Below, piece after piece: positions 47,030 through 60,700 of a DNA stretch of 64,000 nt. Positions within the stretch are counted from its first letter, which is position 1; every line of letters begins with the position of its first letter. The translations under genes and the position numbers were made by a program. The notes under the pieces are model-generated. The model ran no database searches, had not been told where the DNA came from, and worked only from the letters and a program-made list of their open reading frames with translations. This stretch comes from Eledone cirrhosa (taxonomy: Eukaryota): NCBI GenBank assembly GCA_964016885.1, contig OZ024743.1:250356001-250420000 (forward strand), read 5' to 3'.

Positions 47030-50000
47030 GTCAGTGCTACAAATTTTTCTGGGTGGGAAATGATGATGGGATGGGTGGTGTAGGTATTCTACTAGCTGAC
47101 AAGTGGGTAGATAAAGTAATCTCAGTGAACAGGGTAAATGCAAGAAACATTAAACTCAGACTAGTCCTGAATAAAACAATTACCACAATAATATCAGCTT
47201 ACGCACCCCAATCGGGGTTGCCAGACGAACTTAAGGATAAGTTTTACGAGTCCCTAATGCACACTACTGCTCTAACAAATGACAATGACTTCCTAATCAT
47301 TGCAGGAGATTTTAACGGACACGTAGGTAAACACTGTGACAGCTTCAATAGAGTCCATGGAGGCCATGGGGTTGGCACAAGAAATGAAGAAGGATTCATA
47401 CTTCTAGAATTCTGCGACGCCAATGACATGTTGATATGTAACACAAACTTAAAAAAACCCGACAACCACCTGATCACCTATAGATCAGGGGAGCATTCTA
47501 GTCAGATAGATTTTATCCTCATCAGAGGACGTGACAGATGGACGGTCGTAAACATAAAAGCCTTCCCTAGTGAGGAATGTACCTCCCAACATAGCTTAGT
47601 TGTCAGCGACCTCACGGTCAGAACTAGACGAACCTGGAAACAGAGGCCAACCTGGAGAAGAAAGATCTGGAAGCTGAAAGACCCCTCAGCCAGTAACAGA
47701 TTTAAAGATATTTTACTCAATGCCTACGACAGTAAAGAAGAACAGATAGAGACATTCAATGTAGAAGAGAACTGGGAGTTCCTAAAAAATAACTTACTAG
47801 AGGTGACGGATGAGATCTGTGGCTGGAGTAAGACCACAGGCAGGAGGAGAGTGACTTGGTGGTGGAACAATAAGGTAGATGAGGCAGTTAAGGCCAAGAG
47901 ACAGGCATGGAAAGAATGGAAGAACGGTGGAAGCAGGGTACATTACATAGAGACCAGGAGGGAAGCTAGGCGACAAGTATACTTCGCTAGGAGGGAAGCA
48001 GAGGAGAGAAAATTCAAGCATGTTTTGCAACGTGATGACCAGAAACAGGAGGTGTTCAAGATTGCGAGGCAGTGTGTCAGAGAGAATTGTGATGTCATTG
48101 GAGAGAAGTGTATCTGGAATGATAATGGTGAGCTTGCCCTCACAAGTGCTGAGAAGAAAGATGCATGGAAGAGCCATTATGATAGATTACTAAATGAGGA
48201 GAATACATGGGAAGAAGAGACCCTACCCCAAGTAGACCTATAGAGGGGCCAGCAGTACAAGTCAGCAGCAGCGTAGTAAGGGAATCAAAGATATGAAGAT
48301 GGGGAAGGTGACCGGTCTATCGAGTATAGCTGCCGAGATACTGAAGGCATCTGGGTCTGTAGGTCACACTATAACCACACGTATTGTTAACCAGGTAATA
48401 CTAGGTGTCATACCAAAGGATTGGTGCAGCAGCATCATTGTCAACTGCTACAAGGGTAAAGGTGATGCACTAGATAGAGGAAACTATAGAGGTATAAAGC
48501 TGATGGACCAGGTCATGAAAGTAATAGAAAGAGTTATAGCATAGTTGATTTGGGACCAGGTAAAACTAGATATGCAATTTGGGTTTGTACCATGAAGAGG
48601 CACCACTGATGCCCTCTTCCTTGTGAGGTAGTTACAGGAAAAGTACCTAGCTAAAAGTAAGCCACTCTACCTGGCATTCGTCGATCTCGAGAAAGCCTTT
48701 GACAGAGTTCCACGTGCTATAATCTGGTGGGCTCTTAGAAAACTAGGAGTAGATGAATGGCTTGTGAAAGCTGTACAAGCCATGTATAGGGGAGCAGTCA
48801 GCAAAGTTAGGATTAGCAATGAGTATAGCGAGGAATTTAGCGTACAGATTGGGGTCCACCAGGGCTCTGTTCTTAGCCCTCTCCTGTTCATCATAGTCCT
48901 GCAGGCAATAACAGTGGAGTTTAAGACCGGATGCCCATGGCAACTCCTGTATGCAGATGACCTCGCACTTATAGCTGAATCTATGGTAGAACTAGAGAAG
49001 AAATTCCAAACTTGGAAGCAGGGACTAGAAAGAAAGGGTCTCAAAGTCAACCTGACAAAGACTAAGGTCCTTGTAAGTAGACGAGAAAACAGAACCCAGA
49101 TCCACTCAGGGAAATGGCCTTGCTCAGTATGTAGGAAAGGTGTAGGTAGGCACTCCATTCTCTGCCCCAAATGGAAACAATGGGTACACAAGAGATGTAG
49201 CAGGATCTCAGAAAGCTTAATTAAGAATGTAGGCTTCACATGTAGTAGCTGTGCTGGGACAGCAAGTAGCAAACAGCCACAGGAAAAAAGTACCACCAAA
49301 CTCTGGGAGGGCTCTATAGAAACAGTAGACAGCTTCTGCTACCTAGGTGACCGAATTAGCAGCGGAGGTGGGTGTTCAGAAAGTACAATAACTAGGGTAA
49401 GAACAGGATGGAAGAAGTTCAGGGAGCTACTGCCACTGCTAGTTGCAAAAGGCTTTTCCCTCAAAATGAAAGGCAGACTGTATGATGCGTGTATCCGAAC
49501 AGCAATGTTACATGGTAGTGAGACCTGGGCGCTGAAGTTGGAAGACTTATGTAGATTAGAAAGAAACAAAGCCTGCATGCTCCAATGGATGTGTAATAGT
49601 AATATATGCGAATGGCAAAGCATAAATGAATTGAGAGAGAGACTGAGTATAAGAGGAATCAAATGCTGTGTGCAGGAGAGGCGGTTGCGTTGGTATGGAC
49701 ATGTGATGCATATGAAGGATAACAGTTGCATAAAAAGGTGCAGAGCACTAGAAGTCAATGGAAACCACGGAGTGGGGAGACCCAAGAAGACCTGGGATGA
49801 GGTGATAAAAGCCGACCTCTTACGGGTACAAGCCGAAGCTGAAGCATATAGACAATATGCCCCCACCACTTCCCACTGCAAAGTGGACGTGTAGGCGTCA
49901 CGGAAAAAAAGCACCCAGCACTCACTGTAAATGAGGTTGGTGTTAGGAAGGGCATCCAGCTGCAGAAATCAAGCCAAAATCAGTTCCTGCATGAGCAAGG

Positions 50001-50093
50001 CATGGTCAGCCGACCAGACACTGCCCACAACAGGACAACCCGTCTAACCCATGCTAGCATGGAAGAACGGACGTAAAACGGTGACGAAGATGA
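47030..50093 (+). mobile_element. RTE LINE family D, 5'-truncated, disrupted
   Basis: ORFs 47053..48243, 48293..48544 and 48764..49894 closely match 57884..61240; (TA)n on both sides. Confidence 0.95.
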
Positions 50094-50117
50094 TATATAT
50101 ATATATATATATATTTA

Positions 50118-50440
50118 GGTAATGATGAAAGGCAAAGTTAACCTTGGTGGGATTTGAACTCAGAACGTATAGGGCCATAAGTCAATGCTGCGAAGCATGG
50201 TGTCTGACACTTTACTGATACTGCCAAAATAATAAAAATAATAACAATAATAATAATTGTTTCTACTTTAGGCACAAGACCAGAAAATTACCCAGTACAT
50301 TACTGGTACTTTATTTTATCGACCCCGTAAGGATGAAAGGCAAAGTTAACCTCGGCGGGATTTGAACTCAGACTGTAAAGGGACGTAACTATGCTAGAAA
50401 GCATGGCGTCCAACCCTCTACCGATACTGCCAATTCACCG
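50118..50440 (-). mobile_element. Two head-to-tail SINE S1 copies separated by (AAT)n
   Basis: S1 reverse complement at ~50255-50440 and 5' half at ~50118-50228. Confidence 0.88.
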
Positions 50441-50601
50441 ATAATAATCTTATAAAAGGAGTGCGGGATTGCGCCCAGAATATATTTTTTTACCCCGTTT
50501 GTAAAATAAGTTGGATTACTTTGAATAAATAATGAATAAATATTACATAATTTATGTGCTAAATTTCGTGGCTGTTGATTAAATATATTTTATAGCTTAT
50601 C

Positions 50602-50656
50602 TGTTAGAACACGAAAAGTGTGAAACAGCAGAATGTTCACTTTTCGTGTTCTAACA
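50602..50656. repeat. Mini inverted repeat, 19-bp perfect arms TGTTAGAACACGAAAAGTG
   Basis: Arms at 50602-50620 and 50638-50656. Confidence 0.85.
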
Positions 50657-51124
50657 TATATGCCTAGCTTCTTTAAAAATTTTTCGGGGATAGCCGTGGT
50701 GGTGGTGATCGTATGTCATTGGCTAATTTTCAACCAATCAGAGTACCTCTCTCTATATCTCTTCCACTGTTACTTACGCCTGTTTCTCTCTATCTGTTCC
50801 GTCTCTATATATATCTCTTACTCTTTCGCTTTGCACTCCTCCCCTTCAATACCATCTCTCCCCCTCTCTATATATTTGTTACTCTATCGCTGCACGCTCC
50901 TCTCCTTCAATATATCAATTACACACGCTTTACACTCCTTTATCCCCAGCGCCCCTATATATACACCCCCCCTCTCCCGCATCTATATTTTAATGTACCG
51001 TTGCACCGTGAATATATGTGTCTATATATATATACATATATATTGTATATACACATTCATGTATGTGTATACACACTCATGTATGTATATACACTGGTTT
51101 TATGTGTGTATTGTAAATTTGTAC

Positions 51125-51229
51125 TGTTAAAACACGAAACTAACATTCGATTGACACTTTGATTACCTGTACAGGCAATAGTTATTAGAATGCTGTTGAA
51201 GTGTGTATATATTTTTGGGGGACATCCTG
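51125..51229 (-). mobile_element. Single Tc1/mariner-like terminus remnant
   Basis: Minus strand TA-CAGGATGTCCCCCAAAAA; no partner TIR seen. Confidence 0.45.
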
Positions 51230-52018
51230 TATATACACACATTATATATAATACAATAAACAGATAAATACACACATATATATATGAGCTTATTTAATTA
51301 TAAATATTGTGAATTTTTAACTCAGTTCAATTATATATATAAATGGCTTCTACAGGACTAGAACTGTTTCATTCGAAAGAAATCATCATAATATTGAGAG
51401 GGGGGACTAGATAAAATATTTCAAATCAAATGTGTATAAGTTATAAGTTAAAATGTATAAATAGAGACGATAGTGGAGGTATATCTGTTTAGTGGAACAG
51501 TAGACGATAGAATTAAATACAGACGAGAATCTCCCTTTAATGAAACAGCAGACGATAGAATTAAGGCAATTTAAATTTTAAGCATTTGCATTTTTGCCTT
51601 TCATCGTTACGGGGTCGATAAAATAAAGTACCAGTAATACACTGTCACTAGACGACTTTCAAATTGAATTGTTGGTTCCATTTCTTTAGTATTTTCAATT
51701 GTAGTTATCTACTTAAAAAGCGTTACACGGTTAGAGACATAATTCGTAAGTTATATCTTCCCTATTAAACCATTGCATTATTTCGCCTACAATAGAACAA
51801 AAATGAAATGTTTTTAAAGAAACAGGAATATAACTTTATAAAAAAAAAAGTTGCATCCGCTTCTTTTATCATTGATAATTTTTTCGTTTTAATATTAATC
51901 GTTTTTTGTAGTTGTTTATATTAAAAATCTTACTGTAATATTTACTTAAACGAAGGCAAACATCTAAACTTATAGATTAATCTTGAGCGAAGGACTAGAT
52001 AAATCTCTCTCTCTCTCC

Positions 52019-52049
<31 letters not shown>

Positions 52050-52439
52050 AACGAAGAATGATAAAATTTCAAGCAAAGAGTTTAATTAGGTATATTTTGT
52101 AATATTATTAACTAATTATTATAATTAACGCGCATATTTTGCTATCCTCAAACACGTTTACACATGGCATGAAATATAACTAATCCGAGATGGTTAGGTT
52201 TCATCTTCTAACTGGATATACGAAATCCATTATGTCTTGACAACAACATGAGGTAACATTATGTTATTCACAGACACACTTTGTACACTGTTCCATATCA
52301 GAATGTATTTCCTTCGTCACATTCACAAACAGTATTGAAAATATGTTCTTCGGCAAATAAAAATGTTTTGTTCATAATATTTCAACTAGCGATTGCTCTA
52401 CTCCACGCACGACCACCATAAATTAATGACCAGCTCAAC

Positions 52440-52617
52440 ACAAGTATTGGTAGAGCGTCAGACACCATGCTTTGCAGTATTGTTATGGTCCTTTGCATTC
52501 TAAGTTCAAATCCTGCCGAGGTTAACTTCGACTTTCATACTTACTAATTCGATAAAATAAAGTACCAGTAATGGACTGCCGTAATGGATTTGTGCCGAAA
52601 AATAGAAACACTATTAA
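52440..52617 (+). mobile_element. SINE S1 (diverged); small body fragment also at ~51593-51643
   Basis: GTATTGGTAGAGCGTCAGA...AAGTTCAAATCC...GATAAAATAAAGTACCAG. Confidence 0.85.
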
Positions 52618-53165
52618 TGTGCAATAAGAGCAAAATATAACGACATTGCTCAATTATTTTATCTAATGTTGTAATAACACAAGGAAATGTTGTTTGTGTA
52701 TTTTTTTTATATTTGCTCATAGGCTTTTACAATTTCGCTCAGCCAACATCTATTAAAAAGTGAGTTGCTTAAGATAACAATTTAATCACAAATTGTTGCT
52801 ATCTTTTAATACACTCCAACAAGTCATCAAATTATGTACAATAAAAACAAATCTTATTAATTTGCTCAGGGAATATAAAGAAAATGTATATACACTGATA
52901 ATTGCAATTGTATGTAAATATTTTGTTTTTGTATTGTATATTTTATGTTTTCTATTATGTATAATATATTGATTTAATATTGATTGTTTTTTGTAGTTGT
53001 TTATATTAAAAGTCTGAAAATATTTTTATACATCTTACACTAATATTTATAAGATAATTTATAATAACAATTACATAATCTAATTACATTACAACGATAA
53101 TTTATTATTAATATATATCCTGTTTAACTAGAGTTATTACAAGCGTTGCCTTAAAAAAATATTAA

Positions 53166-54122
53166 ACTAGACATGAAAAATGCGCAAGCTCAAAAGTGCC
53201 ACAGAATGTTATAATAAACCTTCAAAAGTGTGGGACTAGAGTTGTTGCTAAAAAATATTGTAATCATTATATATCGTACATTCTGTGGCATCCTTTATAA
53301 AAATAGCTTAAACCAACGAAGCCTTTATTTTTACGCTATTTCACTTAGTTAATTCTTAGAGTGTAACATATAAAAATAAATACATCTATGTTTAATGTAA
53401 TAACAGCTATAAATAATTACGTAATATTATTATCATATACTCATAGTAACAAAATAATTGTGTTGAAACTTAATATGATGCTTATATGAACGATCAAATC
53501 TATAATGATAATTTCTTAAATATACTAATAGTAAAATAATTTAGTTATCTATTGTTACATTTTCATAGAACTATAATATTAACAATCGTATTGCATTATC
53601 AAATTTTTATCACTACAAACTTTCATATTGGAATTACCTTAAGCCACTTATTATTACTTCGCTTTCGTACTTTTACAGCTGTAGATATTGCGCTGTATCT
53701 TATATCTAATATCAATATCTCGTGGTAATTTGCATGAAGTGTAAAATAGGTTTATTAATAACTTTAATATGAAATGTATTATACAGGGCTGCGGAGTCGG
53801 CCAAAAATTGACTGGCTCCAACTCAGGATCCGATACTCCATTATTTCCTAAATTTCAGCTCCGCAGCTCTGTTATTATATTAATTAATTTATTTTATAGT
53901 TGTAAATCATATTTTTATATGTTACACTCTAAGAATTAACTAAGTGAAATAGCGTAAAAATAAAGGCTTCGTTGGTTTAAGCTATTTTTATAAAGGATGC
54001 CACAGAATGTACGATATATAATGATTACAATATTTTTTAGCAACAACTCTAGTCCCACATTTTTGAAGGTTTATTATAACATTCTGTGGCACTTTTGAGC
54101 TTGCGCATTTTTCATGTCTAGT
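53166..54122. mobile_element. Non-autonomous foldback DNA transposon with ~213-bp near-perfect TIRs, flanked by TTAA
   Basis: TTAA-ACTAGACATGAAAAATGCGC... and ...GCGCATTTTTCATGTCTAGT-TTAA; arms ~53166-53378 and ~53910-54122. Confidence 0.9.
53784..53871. mobile_element. 88-bp hAT-like MITE nested in the foldback
   Basis: TIRs CAGGGCTGCGGAG / CTCCGCAGCTCTG; 8-bp flanks GTATTATA and TTATTATA (7/8 match). Confidence 0.75.
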
Positions 54123-54197
54123 TTAAAGATCTTTAAAATTCACTTCTTTAAAATTTCAAATGTCAACACTTCCGGTTAGCGGCCGTTATATTATATA

Positions 54198-55096
54198 CTA
54201 GCAGTAAAGCCCGGCGTTGCTCGGGGTCGCTCAGTAGCTGTGTTAAAGTTACAATGTTAAGTTTCTTTTTTGGCTTAAAAACTGTAGTGTCTACTGTGCA
54301 GACTTGCATGTGGTGTTTTTGATTAATATTCCCTCAACCAACAATATGCCTTATGAAGTTAAGAAAACATAACGATAACCCCAATGTTATAACAAAAGAG
54401 GATGCTAGAGATAAAAACTGCACTGGTTATTTATTAACAAAGATCGAAAATGTAAACACTGCAACGCAGAGAAAAACATTAGCGTAACCAAATTATCAGT
54501 TATGTCTGTCTGCACGCCTATATCACCTCTCTGCACGACTGTCTGTCTGCACGCCTATATCACCTCTCTGCACGACTGTCTGTCTGCACGCCTATATCAC
54601 CTCTCTGCACGACTATCTGTCTGCACGCGTATATCACCTCTCTGCACGACTGTCTGTCTGCACGCCTAACGACGAAATATTTGCTTGTTTTACGTAGTCT
54701 TTAAATAGACTTGTTTTCAAGTAAAAATATTGTTTTAAAATGCTTTTAAATGGAAATGAAGCAAAACGGAAGCTTAGTGTTCGAACTGATGAATTTTGCA
54801 GGTCAATATTTTGCTGGCTCGACAACTGTTAAAGCCAGCGTAATTTTTTACGTAAGACGCTCAATGTAAACAGAACAAAGGGAAATAACTGATAACTTAC
54901 GCTCAAAAATCGATACATTATATTCGATTTCGTCACATAGGGTGGGTGAATTTGAAATTTTTTTTTTTCCGATGTCTTCGCTAGGGCTCAATGTACAAGT
55001 ATAGCAATTTCGGTGCAATTCCGTGAGAGATTCTAAGAGGAGATGTGTGCCAAAAATCGATAGACAGACAGACAACCACAGTTTTATATATATAGA
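54198..55096 (-). mobile_element. Non-autonomous Helitron with internal 37-bp minisatellite (~54503-54667)
   Basis: Minus strand starts A^TCTATATATATAAAA and ends CCCGAGCAACGCCGGG hairpin ...CTAG^T; the flanks join up with the paralogous segment near 7340-7370. Confidence 0.88.
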
Positions 55097-55340
55097 TAAC
55101 ACATATAAAAATATCGCATATATTTCCTTCGCTAATTTTCTCCTAATACAGTTTATATATAATATCGTCTTTTTTTAAATGTATCAATGATTACATTACT
55201 GATTACAGAAGACAGTGTAACATAGACTTCTTTCAATTTCTGTGTATATTGTCAATTACGATTTTATTTGATGTATCATATCTACATGTATATATATTTG
55301 CATATAATATCAATATACACAGGGTGGTTTTTCTGCTAGT

Positions 55341-55497
55341 AATAATTGCTCAATGCATTACTGGTACTTTATTTTATCGACCCCGTAAGGATGAAATGCA
55401 AAGTCAACCTCGGCGGGATTTGAACTCAGATCGTAAAGGGACGTAACTATGCTGGAAAGCATAGCGTCCGACCCTCTACCGATACTGCCAATCCACC
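55341..55497 (-). mobile_element. SINE S1 lying directly downstream of the (ATT)n tail of a Tx1-like 3' fragment
   Basis: S1 reverse complement; (AAT)n at 55500-55515. Confidence 0.88.
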
Positions 55498-55851
55498 AGT
55501 AATAATAATAATGATAACGATATTAATTTCTTTTATTTACCAAAAGGGCATAGAGGAATAAGAGAAGGAGTGGGTTTGTTTACATAGAATTCAGATAATT
55601 AAGAAAAAAAACCAAACATATCATATGTATATTCAATATGACATGCACAATTTAAAATGAAACTTTGATAAGCTACTCATAACGAAACCAGTTACTAAAA
55701 AAACTAATTGATAATCATTACTATTTCTGCACACCCTTCTATATGTTTTTTTTAGCAAAAAGTATAATTTATTTTCTTTTTGTTGCATACTGTAAATACA
55801 CTTATATATAAAAAAGCATTAAGCACATCTTCAAATACTTATTATTATTTT

Positions 55852-55900
<49 letters not shown>

Positions 55901-56188
55901 CACAGTATACAAACAATAACAATGACCCCCTCCCCACACCTTAAAAAATCATATATGTATAAACAGTGGTGCATTTGAACACAATACAGACTTATTGAAC
56001 ACATAAAGAGGATTAAGGTCATTCAAAAAGATTAGGACTGGCAAGAATAATAAATCCTACCCCACTTTGTGTGTGTATTTATTTATATATATCCACACAC
56101 ACATGCATATTTATATATGCATGCACACACATGTATGAGGTGGAACTCCAGAGTAACAAATGTCAGTTCTTAGCCACAATAAATGTAT

Positions 56189-56245
<57 letters not shown>

Positions 56246-56249
56246 GTAA

Positions 56250-56360
56250 TAGGAGAAAGTATGACGGGGTCATACTTTCTCCTATTACCCACTCTACTAC
56301 CCTAAGTATTGAGTACTCTGGTGCGTTATGGCCCATCTGGTTCCTTACCATAACTCCTTC

Positions 56361-56363
<3 letters not shown>
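56250..56363 (-). mobile_element. Arm + foldback element (16-bp stem) in (TA)n
   Basis: TAGGAGAAAGTATGAC-GGG-GTCATACTTTCTCCTA plus an arm shared with 56851, 61205 and 62055. Confidence 0.8.
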
Positions 56364-56408
<45 letters not shown>

Positions 56409-56439
56409 TATATATATATATATACATACATATATATAC

Positions 56440-56472
<33 letters not shown>

Positions 56473-56474
<2 letters not shown>

Positions 56475-56662
56475 TTAAGGTTTGTTGGTTCACCACTAGA
56501 TAGAACTGGTCATTCCGTATGGTCAATCCTGGTGTAATATTATGAAGAGTACTCAACGCAGTGCAGTTCACCCATCTTCGTTTGTGTAGTTGGTGGTGCG
56601 AATACGGAGTTAATTATAAATGAAGTAACAGCATTTACACCAGTCCAGCCTCCTCTTACTTC

Positions 56663-56667
<5 letters not shown>
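56473..56667 (+). mobile_element. Divergent arm + foldback element in (TA)n
   Basis: GAGTACTCAA core; terminal TAAATGAAGTAA...TTACTTCATTTA at 56617-56667. Confidence 0.65.
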
Positions 56668-56710
<43 letters not shown>

Positions 56711-56850
56711 ATCATACATACATACAAACATCTATATATCATTGCTTGTGTTTATCATTATTTAACCTAAAGGTCACATTTGACTTGTTTGAAAACCAGG
56801 TAGTAGGTCATATTCAAACTGATGTAGTGTATATATATATATATATATAT

Positions 56851-56987
56851 AACGAAGGAAATGTGGTAAGGAACCAGATGGACCATAACGCACCAAAGTA
56901 CTCAATACTTAGGGTAGTAGAGTGGGTAATAGGAATGATTAGGACCCCGATAGTTGAGCTCAGCCGTCGGGGTCCTACTCGTTCCTA
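56851..56987 (+). mobile_element. Arm + foldback element (29-bp imperfect stem centred on GAGCTC) in (TA)n
   Basis: Shared arm; palindrome at 56930-56987. Confidence 0.8.
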
Positions 56988-57314
56988 TATATATATATAT
57001 ATATATTATGTGTTTGTTTATGTGTATGCATGTAGTTTTCAATCATTTAAAAGATTTATGAGTGTGGGGAGGAGGAGGTGTATGTGAGAAAGACAGTGCG
57101 GGGGTGCTGTGGAGGAACAGGAAATTACAACTGGACTGTTCAGTAATCACTAATTCAATTTGGACATAGTCAATTGTTTTTTGCTCCCCTTCACTTTAGC
57201 TCTCTCATACCCTCTCACTCTTCATCTACTTCTCTCTTTCTCCCGCTTTCTCTCTCTCCCCCCTCTCTCTCTCTCTCTTTTTATATATATATATATATGC
57301 ACACACACACACAT

Positions 57315-57351
<37 letters not shown>

Positions 57352-57682
57352 TATATATATATATATATAGAGAGAGAGATATCCCTATCTTTATCTCTTT
57401 CTCTCTATTTATATTTTATATATATCTCCCTCTCGCTTAGTAGTAAATTAATAATAAATAGAATACTGGAATGAATCAGGGAGAGAGTTGGGGGGGGGGG
57501 AGAGAGAAATAGATAGTGAAATAAAATAGAAATAGATAGATGGATAAATAGAGTGTGTGTGTGTGTAAAAGAGACAAATGTAAATAAGAGTAAAAGAGAA
57601 AAAATGACACTAATTATGATGATGATGGGCCCTATATCTTGTGACTATATTTGGCCCTCAGAGAGTCAACTCCATTGTATGC

Positions 57683-57715
<33 letters not shown>

Positions 57716-57718
57716 TAT

Positions 57719-60700
57719 ATCATCATCATCATCATCACCGTTTTACGTCCGTTCTTCCACGCTATCATGGGTTAGACGGGTTGTCCTGTTGTGTGCAGTG
57801 TCTGGTCGGCTGACCATGCCTTGCTCATACAGGAACTGATCTGGCTTGATTTCTACAGCTGGATGCCCTTCCAAACACCAACCTCATTTACAGTGAGTGC
57901 TGGGTGCTTTTTCGTGGCGCCTACACGTCCACTTTACAGTGTGGGCTGAGTGCTTTTTTGCCGTGGCTCCTCCACGACCACCTTGCGGTGGGGGGTGTGG
58001 GGGCATATTGTTTATATGCTTCAGCATGTACCCAGGTCGGGTACTCTGTATTACTGCGTGACGCCAGAAGTCACGGTCGTGTGTCATTGCCTTCGAGAGG
58101 TGTAATTGGGTAAGGTTTGCTTTTATCACCTCATCCCAGGTCATCTTGGGTCTCCCCACTCCGCGGTTTCCATCAACTTCTAGTGCTCTGCACCTTTTTA
58201 TGCAGCTGTCATCCTTCATACGCATCACATGTCCATACCAGCGCAACCGCCTCTCCTGCACACAGCATTTGATTCCTCTTATGCTCAGTCTCTCTCTCAA
58301 TTCATTTATGCTTTGTCGTTCACGTATATTACTGTTACACATCCATCGGAGCATGCAGGCTTTGTTTCTCTCTAATCTACGTAAATCTTCCACCTTCAGC
58401 GTCCAGGTCTCACTACCATGCAACATCGCTGTTCGGATACACGCATCATACAGTCTGCCTTTCATTCTGAGGGAGAAGCCTTTTGTAGCTAGCAGTGGTA
58501 GTAGTTCCCTAAACTTCTTCCATCCCGTTCTTACCCTAGTTATTGTACTTTCTGAACACCCACCTCCGTTGCTAATTCGGTCACCTAGGTAGCAGAAGCT
58601 GTCTACTGTTTCTACAGGGCCCTCCCAGAGATTGGTGGTACTTGTTTCCTGTGGCTGTTTGCTGCTTGCTGTTTCAGCACAGCTGCTGCATGTGAATCCT
58701 ACATTCTTAATTAAGCTTCCTGAGATCCCGCTACATCTCTTGTGTACCCATTGTTTGCATTTGGGGCAGAGAATGGAGTTCCTACCTACACCTTTCCTAC
58801 ATACTGAGCAAGGCCATTTCCCTGAGGGGATCTGGGTTCTGTTTTCTCGTCTACTTACAAGGACCTTAGTCTTTGTCATGTTGACTTTGAGACCCTTTCT
58901 TTCTAGTCCCTGCTTCCAGGTTTGGAATTTATTCTCTAGTTCTACCATAGATTCAGCTATGAGTGCAAGGTCATCAGCATACAGGAGTTCCCATGGGCAT
59001 CCGGTCTTAAACTCCTCCGTTATTGCTTGCAGGACTATGATGAACAGGAGAGGGCTAAGAACAGAGCCCTGGTGGACCCCAACCTGTACGCTAAATTCCT
59101 CGCTATACTCATTGCTAATCCTAACTTTGCTGACTGCTCCCCTATACATGGCTTGTACCGCTTTCACAAGCCATTCATCTACTCCTAGTTTTCTAAGAGC
59201 CCACCAGATTACAACACGTGGAACTCTGTCAAAGGCTTTCTCAAGGTCGACAAATGCCAAGTAGAGTGGCTTACTTTTAGCTAGGTACTTTTCCTGTAAT
59301 TGCCTCACAAGGAAGAGGGCATCAGTGGTGCCTCTTCCTGGTACAAACCCAAATTGCATCTCGTCTATTTTCACCCGGTCCCTAATCAGCTGTGCTATAA
59401 CTCTTTCTGTTACTTTCATGACCTGGTCCATCAACTTTATACCTCTATAGTTTCCTCTATCTAGTGCATCGCCTTTACCTTTGTAACAGTTGACAATGAT
59501 GCTACTGCACCAATCTTTTGGTATGGCACCTTCTAGTATTACCTGGTTAACAATACGTGTGGTTATAGTGTGACCTACAGACCCAGATGCCTTCAGCATC
59601 TCGGCAGCTATACACGATGGACCGGTTGCCTCCCCCATCTTCATATCTTTGATTGTTTTACTTACTACGCTGCTGCTGACTTGTACTGCTGGTCCCTCTA
59701 TAGGGTCTACTTGGGGTAGGGTCTCTTCTTCCCATGCATTCTCTTCATTTAGTAATCTATCATAATGACTCTTCCATGCATCTTTCTTCTCATCACTTGT
59801 GAGGGCAAGCTCACCTTTATCATTCCGGATACACTTCTCTCCAATGACATCACAATTCTCTCTGACACACTGCCTCACAATCTTGAATACCTCCTGTTTC
59901 TGGTCCCCACGTTGTAAAACATGCTTGAATTTTCTATCCTCTGCTTCCCTCCTAGCTAAGTATACTTGTCGCCTAGCTTCCCTCTTGGTCTCTATGTAAT
60001 GTACCCTGCTCCCCCCATTCTTCCCTTCTTTCCATGCCTGTCTCTTGGCCTTAACTGCTTCATCTACCTTATTGTTCCACCACCAAGTCACTCTCCTCCT
60101 GCTTGAGGTCTTACTCCAGCCACAGACCTCATCCGTCGCCTCTAGTAAATTATTTTTTAGGAACTCCCAGTTCTCTTCTACGTTAAATGTCTCTATCTGT
60201 TCTTCTTTACTGTCGTAGGCGTTGAGTAAGATATCTTTAAATCTGTTACTGGTTGAGGGTACTTTCAGCTTCCAGATCTTTCTTCTCCAGGTTGGCCTCT
60301 GTTTCCAGGTTCGTCTAGTTCTGACCATGAGGTCGCTGACAACTAAGCTATGTTGGGATGTACATTCCTCACTAGGGAAGGCTTTTGTGTTTACGACCGT
60401 CCATCTGTCACGTCCTCTGATGAGGATAAAATCTAACTGACTAGAGTGCTCCCCTGATCTATAGGTGATCAGGTGGTTGTCGGGTTTTTTTAAGTTTGTG
60501 TTACATATCGACATGTCATTGGCGTCGCAGAATTCTAGAAGTCTGGATCCTTCCTCATTCCTTGTGCCAACTCCATGGCCTCCATGTACTCTATTGAAGC
60601 CGTCGCAGTGTTTACCTACGTGTCCGTTAAAATCTCCTGCAATGATTAAGAAGTCCTTGTCGTCTGTTAGAGCAGTAGTGTGTATTAGGGACTCGTAAAA

